NCBI RefSeq assembly: GCF_000020385.1
Contig: NC_010814.1
Coordinates: 1,140,001 to 1,172,000, forward strand
Length of the DNA stretch: 32,000 nt
Direction: 5' to 3'
From: Trichlorobacter lovleyi SZ
Lineage (GTDB): Bacteria; Desulfobacterota; Desulfuromonadia; Geobacterales; Pseudopelobacteraceae
Shown here: positions 7,326-14,717 of the stretch, one piece after another
How the letters are laid out: each line of letters opens with the position of its first letter
Position numbering within the stretch: position 1 is the first letter of the stretch
The notes under the pieces: generated by a model
The model's input: only the letters and a program-made list of their open reading frames with translations
What the model was told of the DNA's origin: nothing
Databases searched by the model: none
Position numbers and translations under genes: made by a program

Positions 7326-7939
7326 TCTTCCAGCTGCTGCATGGTTGTAGCCAGTTCGGTCGTAAATTCTCTGGTGTCACCGCTGAAACAGCGTGGTTCA
7401 GCAACCGCTGCCTTACCGCAGAACGGCACCAGCACAAAGCTGCCCCGCGGCAGGCTTCTGCCTAGGTTGCGCATGAAGACCGGCACCACCGGCACTGCAG
7501 GAAAGCGCTTTGCCAGGTGGGCCACCCCCGGCTTGATCTGACCCAACTCCTCCGGCGCTCCCCGCGTCCCCTCGGGAAAGATGATCACAATCTCACCTTG
7601 CTCCAGCGCTGCTGCAGGTCCGGCCAGCGGATCAGCATGGAAGCTGCTCCGTTTTCGTTCCAGGGGAATAATCCCCAGAAAAGTACTGGAAAGCCATGAG
7701 GTACTCGGCGTGCTGCAGAAGTAGTCGGCTGCTGCCACCGGCCGCAGCAGCGCCAGCGCTTTCAGCGGCATCAGGGTAATCAGGTAGAGGATATCCAGGT
7801 GGCTGTTGTGGTTGGCAACAATAATGGCCGGGCCACTGACCGGCAGATGCTCGCGTCCCTTGATGCAGCGTCCCAGCAGCAGCGACACCAGCGGCCGCAC
7901 ACAACAGGCCAGAAAGATGATCCTGATCAGACGTTTCAT
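7301..7939 (-). CDS. PlsC-family lysophospholipid (1-acyl-sn-glycerol-3-phosphate-type) acyltransferase
   Basis: HX4D motif (IIVANHNSHLD) and the FPEGTRG block. ATG 7939..7937 overlaps the upstream stop as ATGA; the track's start at 7945 is a GTG two codons upstream. The 3' end overlaps the convergent EBP gene by 25 nt. Confidence 0.88.
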   Translation of the reverse strand: MKRLIRIIFLACCVRPLVSLLLGRCIKGREHLPVSGPAIIVANHNSHLDILYLITLMPLKALALLRPVAAADYFCSTPSTSWLSSTFLGIIPLERKRSSFHADPLAGPAAALEQGEIVIIFPEGTRGAPEELGQIKPGVAHLAKRFPAVPVVPVFMRNLGRSLPRGSFVLVPFCGKAAVAEPRCFSGDTREFTTELATTMQQLEDQVDSVSS

Positions 7940-8577
7940 TGCCACGGAACCGGAACCGGTGCAGACGGTTCACCAACAGGTGCCGGCGGTGGTTGATGCA
8001 GCTTTGCTTTGGGCAGCCGGGTATAGGGGATAAACTTCAGCACCTTCTTTTTGGGCAGTTTGCGTCCTTCCTGCTTTGCAGCCACTATCTCCTCTACATG
8101 GGCGGTTAAGACCGCTTCCATATCCTTGTCCAGCGGTTGCGGTTCCTTGCCGTTCTTCAGCCGCTCCAGCTTTTCAAAGACCTTTTTGGCATAGATCTCG
8201 CTCTTTTCCGGTGTCTGGCTGTTGTAACAGCCGACCGCCCGCCAGTTGTAGCCGTACTTGCTGATGCAGGCGGCCAGAATCCAGGCCCCGGTTTTGGTGT
8301 TGTAGCAGGCATCCCCCAGATGCTTCCAACGTTCCGGCCCCAGGGTACTCTTCCAGATGGTGTTGATCTGCATCAGGCCCACATCATAACTGCCATTGGT
8401 GTTCTTGCCCACAGCATCAGGTTTGTTGCCTGACTCCACCCCGGCAATGGAGCGCAGCACCAGCGGGTTGATACCGTACAGTTGGCCGGCCTCTTCAAAA
8501 CAGTAGGCATGGGCGTTGTTGCCCTGGGCCATAACGGCAATGGTTAGTACAAAGATAAACGTGCATTTGAAGGTCAT
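7936..8577 (-). CDS. Secreted lytic transglycosylase (SLT domain, IagB/VirB1-like small type) with a Pro/Lys-rich C-terminal tail
   Basis: Signal peptide MTFKCTFIFVLTIAVMAQGNNAHA, catalytic block SIAGVESGNKPDAVGKNTNGSYDVGLMQIN, then AWILAACISKYGYNWRAVGCYN. Start chosen at ATG 8577. The 39 aa upstream in the track ORF are Arg/Leu-rich read-through of an intergenic repeat. Confidence 0.85.
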   Translation of the reverse strand: MTFKCTFIFVLTIAVMAQGNNAHAYCFEEAGQLYGINPLVLRSIAGVESGNKPDAVGKNTNGSYDVGLMQINTIWKSTLGPERWKHLGDACYNTKTGAWILAACISKYGYNWRAVGCYNSQTPEKSEIYAKKVFEKLERLKNGKEPQPLDKDMEAVLTAHVEEIVAAKQEGRKLPKKKVLKFIPYTRLPKAKLHQPPPAPVGEPSAPVPVPWQ

Positions 8578-8602
8578 GCTTTGGGTCTTCACTTTCTCGT
8601 AA

Positions 8603-8723
8603 GTCAGCTTCAAATCAAGGATGAGATCAAGGCGACGAGGAATTCGGCGACGCAGGCGTACACGCAGTACGTCGAGGAGTCGAAGACGAGTCAACGAGGC
8701 TATCGCCTTGAGTTGAAGTTGAC
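8603..8723. repeat. Intra-operonic imperfect palindromic element (~121 bp)
   Basis: The outer arms GTCAGCTTCAAATCAAGG (8603-8620) and CCTTGAGTTGAAGTTGAC (8706-8723) are complementary at 16 of 18 positions. The interior carries repeated GACGAGG / ACGCAG / CGTCGAGG blocks. It fills the 147-nt gap between the CdsA-like stop and the transglycosylase start. Confidence 0.5.
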
Positions 8724-8724
8724 C

Positions 8725-9660
8725 TCAATGAAACAGATACCAGGTCAGATGAAAAAACACCGGCGCAGTGTAGGTCAGGCTGTCCACCCGGTCAAGTATA
8801 CCGCCATGTCCCGGCAGGCTGGTGCCGGAATCCTTGACTCCGATATCCCGCTTGACCGCTGATTCAACCACATCACCGATAAACCCGCAGCAGGCCAGCA
8901 GCGCACCCACCCCGGCTCCGGTCAGATGGTTGTACGGGGTAAGCAGTGGCAGCAGAAAGGCAGCCAGCAGCGCACTGGTGCCAACGCCCCCTGAAAAGCC
9001 GGACCAGGTCTTGCCGGGGCTGACCTTGGGGATGATCTTGGGGCCGCCAAGCAGCTTGCCCCAGATAAACTGGAACACATCATTCAGGGCGGTCATGATC
9101 ACCAGTGACAGCACATAGCCCAGGCCATGGCCCACGCCAACCACCGGCAGCTGCATCAGATAGGCCACATGACTGAGGGAAAAGATGGTCATCATCGCCA
9201 CCCAGTTGATGGTTCCGGCAGAACGGATAAATCCTTCTGTTTCTCCGGCAATTACCAAGCGCAGCGGAATGAACAGGAACAGCCAGACCGGGATAAAGAT
9301 GATGAACATGCCGTACCACTGCATCCCCACCCAGATGTACTGGATGACAATGGCAGGAAACAGCCAGAACAGGGCACCACGGTCTGCCGGACGGGTCTCC
9401 AGCAGGGTAATGAACTCCCGCAGGGCCAGAAAGCTGATAAAGCCGAACAGCCAGGGGGCAAAGCCGGGCCGCCAGGTGCCCAGACTGAACAGGGCGATGA
9501 TTAACAGCCAGGTGCGGGAGCGGATCAGTACTTCGTTGCTCTTCAGCGCCAGGCCAGCCAGCATGCCGGTTACTGCGCCGCCTATCATCAGCCCCATCAC
9601 CAGAAAACCGTGGGGCAGGGTGCTGTAGCTTGAGCCGGTAATCCACTGCTGCAGGTTCAT
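8725..9660 (-). CDS. Phosphatidate cytidylyltransferase family protein (CdsA-like, CDP-diacylglycerol synthase type)
   Basis: Polytopic membrane protein with the C-terminal CTP-transferase signature SAVKRDIGVKDSGTSLPGHGGILDRVDS. Its start overlaps the upstream stop as ATGA (9657-9660). Confidence 0.88.
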   Translation of the reverse strand: MNLQQWITGSSYSTLPHGFLVMGLMIGGAVTGMLAGLALKSNEVLIRSRTWLLIIALFSLGTWRPGFAPWLFGFISFLALREFITLLETRPADRGALFWLFPAIVIQYIWVGMQWYGMFIIFIPVWLFLFIPLRLVIAGETEGFIRSAGTINWVAMMTIFSLSHVAYLMQLPVVGVGHGLGYVLSLVIMTALNDVFQFIWGKLLGGPKIIPKVSPGKTWSGFSGGVGTSALLAAFLLPLLTPYNHLTGAGVGALLACCGFIGDVVESAVKRDIGVKDSGTSLPGHGGILDRVDSLTYTAPVFFHLTWYLFH

Positions 9661-10292
9661 GAGCGTGCCTCCTGAATTCCCCGGCGCACCCGGTTGACGA
9701 TGGTGATCAGTGTCAGCAGGCTGGCGATCAGTATCGCCCAGTTCATGACAATGCCGTGCAGAGCCTGCCTGTTTTCAAAGACCGCCCATGCGGTAAACAG
9801 CCCCAATGCACCAAAGAAGACCGCCCGGTCGCTCTTGCCAAAGGGACCGTCATAGCGCCTGGAAGCGCCAATGCTCTTGCCCTGCAGCCCCACAAACTCG
9901 GTCAGGCAGCAGAGGCCGATCATCAGCACCCAGCCGATACCATGCTCCATCAGATCCAGAAACGGCAGGTAGAGGGCAGCATCGGAAACCACGTCTCCCA
10001 CTTCATTCAGGTAGGCACCGAACAGGCTCTGCTGATTGTGTTCACGGGCCAGCATGCCGTCAATGGCATTCAGCGCCATGCGGATAAACAGGAACAGCCC
10101 CAGAAACAGGAACGGATACGGGTTGGGGCCGTGGGTGGCAAAGGGTTGGTAGATCCAGATACCATAGGCGATGGAGCCCAGCATGGCTGCCAGGGTAACC
10201 ATATTGGCGGTAACGCCGATTCGGGCCAGCAGGTTAACCAGCGGACGGAGCAGGTTCTGGAATTTTGGTTTCAGGTCGTAGACCGAGGGCAT
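9657..10292 (-). CDS. CDP-alcohol phosphatidyltransferase family protein; head-group specificity unknown
   Basis: 211-aa membrane protein carrying NAIDGMLAREHNQQSLFGAYLNEVGDVVSD, which resembles the DG(x)2AR(x)8G(x)3D(x)3D motif but with an Asn where I expect the first of the last two Asp. SD GAAAGGAA precedes the start. Confidence 0.85.
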   Translation of the reverse strand: MPSVYDLKPKFQNLLRPLVNLLARIGVTANMVTLAAMLGSIAYGIWIYQPFATHGPNPYPFLFLGLFLFIRMALNAIDGMLAREHNQQSLFGAYLNEVGDVVSDAALYLPFLDLMEHGIGWVLMIGLCCLTEFVGLQGKSIGASRRYDGPFGKSDRAVFFGALGLFTAWAVFENRQALHGIVMNWAILIASLLTLITIVNRVRRGIQEARS

Positions 10293-10316
10293 GGATTGAT
10301 TCCTTTCAGTACGTCT

Positions 10317-10446
10317 GTTGAAAAACTACTGCGGAGCCCGTCTACTGCGTTGCGCGGTGCTCACTCCTTCGCCTAACTATTAGTTATGTCTCAGTCGCTG
10401 CGCGCCGTGCGCCTTGTAGCCGTGCTTCCTCATAACGTTTTTCAAC
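10317..10446. repeat. 130-bp imperfect palindrome (REP/MITE-like element)
   Basis: Perfect 10-bp termini GTTGAAAAAC (10317-10326) / GTTTTTCAAC (10437-10446) and a perfect centre TAACTA-T-TAGTTA near 10380. The arms are roughly 70-80% complementary by eye, with small indels. Confidence 0.6.
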
Positions 10447-10457
10447 AGTCTGCTTGA

Positions 10458-10552
10458 GGGCACAGAGAGGAACATGACTGTAAAACCAGATGTTTAAAGG
10501 TTTAAAGTCAATTTTATAGCCTTTCTCTGAGACCTCTGTGTGCTCTGTGGCT
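10458..10552. repeat. 'CACAGAG'-type intergenic repeat hairpin
   Basis: CACAGAGAGG (10461-10470) faces CCTCTGTGTG (10533-10542) across an AT-rich ~60-nt loop. The minus strand reads CCACAGAGCACACAGAGGTCTCAGAGAAAGG, a motif style I associate with multicopy Geobacter-type intergenic repeats (from memory). Confidence 0.5.
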
Positions 10553-11540
10553 ATCTGTCTTTTTGGATTTTTAATAACCTTGCCGGGTTGCTGAATACCT
10601 CTTCCGGTACGCCCAGAGCCCGTTTCAGCTCCAGGTCCCGGTCCCACGGGTTTTTAATGGTCATCAACCGCGCCACGGTCCAGGGGGCCAACCGGGTCAG
10701 ATGCCCCAGCGGCGACACCAACGGGGTGTTGGTTAGCGGCATATCAGTGCCGTAATGCAGCCTGCCGTGCAGGTAGTGCTGCTGGATCAGACGATGCAAC
10801 TGGCCGGGCCGGTTGATCTGGGTCAGGGCCGAGATGTCGGCATGCAGGTTTTTGTGCAGGTCGCACAGGCGCAGGAAGCGGCTGAAGTTGTGCTCACCCT
10901 CGTTGCTGCCATTGGCAGCGGCATGGGCGGCAATCACCGTCACCCCCTGTTCCAGTGCCAGGCGCAGTCGATGCGGGTCTCCCAGCTCATTTCTGGCACA
11001 GGTAAAGGATGCCTCATCACCAGTGTGGGTTAGCAGCGGCAGGCCATGCTGCTGCATCCGTTGATAGAACGGCACCAGCCGTTTATCAGCCAGATCAATA
11101 TGCTGGATCGAGGGGAGCCATTTCATCAGCACGGCCCCGGCCTCAACCGCCTTGTCCAGCAGTTCCAGGGCATCCCTGCGGTACGGGTTGATGCTGGCCC
11201 CAAAGCGAAGGTTGGGATGCTGCTTCACCGCCTCTGCCAGAAAGTCATTGGGGATGTACATTTCTGTACAGCTTTGATCCAGCTTACCCTGGCTGTCCAA
11301 AGCCCCATCCATGGCCAGCACCACGGCCATGTCTACCTTACCTGATGCGGTCAGGGAGGCTGACAAACGTTCCAGCACCAGCTTGTCACCATGGTGCAGC
11401 AGTTCATGCTCCTGCACCCCAAAGGAGTTCAGGTAGACCCGATACTTCCAGCTCTTGCGCAGGTCAGGGGAGATAAAACAGCCGGAATTGCCGGAACCGA
11501 TCCCGGCGGTGTGGCAGTGGATGTCAATGATCGGGTGCAT
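10551..11540 (-). CDS. Metal-dependent amidohydrolase-fold (TIM-barrel) hydrolase
   Basis: The N-terminal MHPIIDIHCHTAG is the HxH metal-binding signature. Later His/Asp blocks are HTGDEAS, VIAAHAA and HYGTDMP. 329 aa; SD AGGAGG lies upstream. Confidence 0.8.
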   Translation of the reverse strand: MHPIIDIHCHTAGIGSGNSGCFISPDLRKSWKYRVYLNSFGVQEHELLHHGDKLVLERLSASLTASGKVDMAVVLAMDGALDSQGKLDQSCTEMYIPNDFLAEAVKQHPNLRFGASINPYRRDALELLDKAVEAGAVLMKWLPSIQHIDLADKRLVPFYQRMQQHGLPLLTHTGDEASFTCARNELGDPHRLRLALEQGVTVIAAHAAANGSNEGEHNFSRFLRLCDLHKNLHADISALTQINRPGQLHRLIQQHYLHGRLHYGTDMPLTNTPLVSPLGHLTRLAPWTVARLMTIKNPWDRDLELKRALGVPEEVFSNPARLLKIQKDR

Positions 11541-11644
11541 ACTAACCTCCTGATTTCAGCTCCACACAGTGCCGAGGAAAACAGTGCAACCATCCGGTTG
11601 ATAGGCTACAATAGGGCGAAAATCAACGTAACAGCAGGTGCACT

Positions 11645-12262
11645 ATGAATCGACTGGGTACTATCATGTTTCGGGGACTGGTGGCGATGCTTCCGGCCGT
11701 CCTGACGATCTACATCCTCTTCTGGCTTGTACGCTCTGCAGAAACCGTACTGGGCGGTATGCTCAAGGTGCTGCTGCCGGCTGGCTGGTATATTCCCGGT
11801 ATGGGGCTTTTGGCCGGGGTCGCTGCCACCTTCCTGTTTGGCCTGGGACTGAACGCCTTTATGGTCCGCAGGCTGATCGACCTGGGTGAAAAGATTGCGG
11901 ATCAGATACCGCTGATCAAGACACTCTACGGTTCGCTCAAGGATTTTATCGGTTTCTTTGCCAATCAGCATGATTCGCAGTTCAGCCAGGTGGTCAGCAT
12001 TGAGCTTGAATTTGGCGGCAAACCGATGCGTCTGATCGGCTTTGTCACCCGCAGCGATTTCAGCAGCCTGCCGGACGGGATCGGTGAGGAGGACGAAATC
12101 GCCGTCTACCTGCCGCTCAGCTACCAGATCGGCGGTTACACGATAATCGTGCCACGCTCCTCGGTAAAACCGCTTAATATCTCCACCCACCGTGCCATGG
12201 GGTTTGTGGTTACCGGCGGCATGGCCACCGACAAGGGGCATGCCGACAAGGCAACGCCGTAA
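11645..12262 (+). CDS. DUF502-family membrane protein
   Basis: Two N-terminal TM helices, then IPLIKTLYGSLKDF and a C-terminal beta-rich part (VYLPLSYQIGGYTIIVPRSSV), as I recall for DUF502. It is divergent from the amidohydrolase gene. Confidence 0.8.
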   Translation: MNRLGTIMFRGLVAMLPAVLTIYILFWLVRSAETVLGGMLKVLLPAGWYIPGMGLLAGVAATFLFGLGLNAFMVRRLIDLGEKIADQIPLIKTLYGSLKDFIGFFANQHDSQFSQVVSIELEFGGKPMRLIGFVTRSDFSSLPDGIGEEDEIAVYLPLSYQIGGYTIIVPRSSVKPLNISTHRAMGFVVTGGMATDKGHADKATP

Positions 12263-12317
12263 GTTCAAGCCGATGAAACGTTAAAGGCTTCTCCTCTATC
12301 CAATTGTCTTTGATTCG

Positions 12318-12495
12318 GCAGCTGGCAGCGTCCCAGCTTTGCTCAGATGCCCGAACTCTGCTGCTCTAAGGCTCATTTCGCTACAGCCGATAAACTCAGC
12401 CTTTGGCTTCAAACAGTATCGGCTGTTTACGCTCCATTTTGCCAAGAGCAGCAACGAGTTACGGAAATTCGCTCTGCTGGGACGCTGCCAACTGC
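12318..12495. repeat. 178-bp nested imperfect palindrome between convergent genes
   Basis: The outer arms GCAGCTGGCAGCGTCCCAGC (12318-12337) and GCTGGGACGCTGCCAACTGC (12476-12495) are complementary at 19 of 20 positions. Inner matched blocks are TGCTGCTCT/AGAGCAGCA and a perfect CAGCCGATA (12384-12392) / TATCGGCTG (12417-12425). Confidence 0.65.
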
Positions 12496-12499
12496 TACT

Positions 12500-13726
12500 T
12501 CAGTTTAATGGCTGGGCATGTTCGCTCCCGCAGGCCCAGCAGTGGCGTGATTGGGTGTGTTTCGGCTTACCGCAGGCAGGGCAGGGGCTGAACTGCAGAT
12601 AACCGCAGAACGGGCAGGCCCGCGCCCCATTGGGCAGATGTTTGCCGCACTGTTGGCACTCTCCCTTGGCAATCCTGCGTTCAATCAGCTTTTCCCGCGA
12701 AAACAATTTTTTCTGGAAGATGTAGATCAGGAACAGGGCTGCCACAATGGCCAGCGCAATGATCAGGTAATGCCAGATCGCCACCAGCTTGAGCGCGGTC
12801 AAGAGCGCAATCAGCTTGTGCAGCAACTGCTTGGGGATGATGTCGTAGATCGCCTCGATCAGCTTGCAGAAGATCGGGATAAAGGCAACTCCAAGCAGGT
12901 GGGATGACACCAGGGTCTGCAGTCCGCGGCTGCGCCGGATGCTGGCATTGTTCCAGGCATAGAAGATGGCAAACAGCGGCAGCAGAAACAGCATCTGCAT
13001 GCCGAAGCGCTTGACCGGGTACCAGAAGTTCAGGGTGCGCAGCTCAGCCAGCAAGGCCTGACGGTCACTGGCCTGGGATGCCTGCAGTCTGGCCCAGAGC
13101 GCTGCCACGGTGGGGTTGCTGTTGATCTGCTCATCCAGGGTTGCCAACATGGTTTTCAGGCTGTTCAAGCGGCAGGTCCTCTGCTTGAACTCGGCCTTGG
13201 TGGCATCAATCTCAGTGGCCGGTTCAGGCTGTTGGGCAATGGCCTCCAGCAGGGCCGTGTCATAGCTGCCTTTTAGTTGATCAATCCTGCGCTGTAGTTC
13301 CTGGGTCTCGCGCTCGGCCTTCTGGCGTTCATCAAAGCTGGTGGCCAAGGCCTTGTCGTTCTTGATCCGGTCCAGCAGGTTCAGGTAGGGGGTGCAGACC
13401 GGGTGGCGCTCGTGGGGGCCTTCCTGCGGACGGTGGTAGTAGCTGTTGTTGGTGGTATTCACCAGTTGAGACAGGTTTTCAATCCGGTTGGTGGGGTTCC
13501 AGGTGCGGTCGATCACCATCTCGCGGCAGGCGCTGGGGATAAACTCCTCCGGCGTGCTCAACTGGCGGGTATGGGCAGCCAGGCCGTTGAAGATGGCAGT
13601 CAGGATGAAGATATCCAGAAACAGCAGGATCACCAGGGTGGCCTTGCTTAAGGGCTGATTATCAAGGTTGGTCAGGCTGGCCTTGACCCGCAGCAGTCTG
13701 TCTTTGATCCGTCTGCCTGGACTCAT
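12500..13726 (-). CDS. Membrane protein with a periplasmic/coiled-coil region and a C-terminal double zinc ribbon; function unknown
   Basis: 408 aa. TM1 (ATLVILLFLDIFILTAIFNGL) is followed by about 200 aa including coiled-coil-like QKAERETQELQRRIDQLK, then 3 TM helices. The C-terminus is CQQCGKHLPNGARACPFCGYLQFSPCPACGKPKHTQSRHCWACG (four CxxC pairs). SD AGGAG lies 6 nt upstream. Confidence 0.8.
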   Translation of the reverse strand: MSPGRRIKDRLLRVKASLTNLDNQPLSKATLVILLFLDIFILTAIFNGLAAHTRQLSTPEEFIPSACREMVIDRTWNPTNRIENLSQLVNTTNNSYYHRPQEGPHERHPVCTPYLNLLDRIKNDKALATSFDERQKAERETQELQRRIDQLKGSYDTALLEAIAQQPEPATEIDATKAEFKQRTCRLNSLKTMLATLDEQINSNPTVAALWARLQASQASDRQALLAELRTLNFWYPVKRFGMQMLFLLPLFAIFYAWNNASIRRSRGLQTLVSSHLLGVAFIPIFCKLIEAIYDIIPKQLLHKLIALLTALKLVAIWHYLIIALAIVAALFLIYIFQKKLFSREKLIERRIAKGECQQCGKHLPNGARACPFCGYLQFSPCPACGKPKHTQSRHCWACGSEHAQPLN

Positions 13727-13757
13727 GGTGTGCTCCTAGGGTGTTAGGTTGCTTTGG

Positions 13758-14717
13758 TTATTTGATAAAAATAAAGTTGCGATGCCATTCTAAGTATTTT
13801 TGATGAAGAAAGTGTAAGTTGCTTATTTGTATATATTTATTTATTCCAAGGAGTTCGGCGTCATGTGATAATTTGTTGGATATTAGTATGTTACCGTTTT
13901 TGTCAAAGCTGATATATCCTTTGTCAAAAGCTTTGTCATAGACTGGTGATAAAGCAAGGCCATTAAAAACATCAATTCTTTCCGAATTATCGGAGTCTTT
14001 CCATGGTTTAATGTGTCCTGCTGTTACAAACAAGCTTGAACCAGTGACTGCACATTTGTTGTTCCAATAGGATAGAATGAGTCTCCTAAATTTGTTCTGT
14101 CCTACTCGGATATCGAGCATCTGCTTTTTTGAAGTATTATCCAAATGAGGGTTGTTTAGTGAACCGAGGAAAAAGAACACATCCGCTTCATCCTTAAGAT
14201 CTGAGATGTATTCTAGAATGGAATTTAACTCTTCTATATGATCTGATAGTTTTATTCTATAGGTGTCATCTTGGGTTGTGGGAAGTAGGGACTTTGCATA
14301 ATCACGTCTGAATGTAACAGCCCGGAATAAAGCCTGTTGTTCTCCTAGTTGTCCAACAGAATAACTCTTTTGGCGGTTTTGCCCGAGGCTGTTTTTATAC
14401 CCGGCGCGCCAAGTTATTTCAGGTGACTTCCTGCTGTCCCGTTTCGATATTGAACGACACACTCCTATGATTCCAGACGTGTTGTTAGGACTAAGTTTTA
14501 GGTCAATTTGGATTAGGCGCTTGCTTGTAGCGTTGTGTCTATTGTCATTGCTCTTGTCAAAGACGCCAAGCGATGAGGCTGCCTGAAAAAATTCATTTCG
14601 GTATTTAATTGCGGCATTATACGCCCCATCAGAGCCACCAAACTTACTGTCACTAAAAGTTTTTGTCTCAAAGAAGCCAAGCCGTTCACAAGCAAATTGC
14701 CAGGCTTTATAATTTTT
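13758..14717 (-). pseudogene. AP2-like/HNH (HNH_2-type) nuclease gene, 3' 319 codons, interrupted by an IS
   Basis: AT-rich gene. The HNH block is FRRLILSYWNNKCAVTGSSLFVTAGHIKPWKDSDNSERIDVFNGLALSPVYDKAFDKGYISF. There are two AP2-like DNA-binding repeats (..KAWQFACERLGFFETKTFSDSKFGGSDGAYNAAIKYRNEF.. and SGIIGVCRSISKR...ITWRAGYKNSLGQNRQKSYSVGQLGEQQALFRAVTFRRDY). The track's 370-aa ORF (to 14870) takes its first 51 codons from IS sequence. Confidence 0.8.
14710..14717. repeat. Target-site duplication, left copy (TAATTTTT)
   Basis: Identical 8-mer TAATTTTT immediately outside both IS ends (14710-14717 and 16120-16127). Confidence 0.85.

Noticed and set aside
11255-11270. TGTACATTTCTGTACA, which shares TGTACATTTC with the candidate EBP box at 5812-5821.
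   Set aside because: It lies inside the amidohydrolase coding sequence, where it encodes ...CTEMYI.... No sigma-54 -24/-12 motif lies about 100 bp away on either strand. It is most likely coincidence.
11541-11644. CGGCAC-N-GGAGC on the minus strand, considered as a sigma-54 promoter for the amidohydrolase. Also GTGCAA-N17-TACAAT on the plus strand, considered as a sigma-70 promoter for the DUF502 gene.
   Set aside because: The sigma-54-like site has GG-to-GC spacing off by one and would place the transcription start inside the SD. The sigma-70 candidate has a good -10 (TACAAT, 11607-11612) but only a 3-of-6 match at -35, which is too weak to list as a feature.
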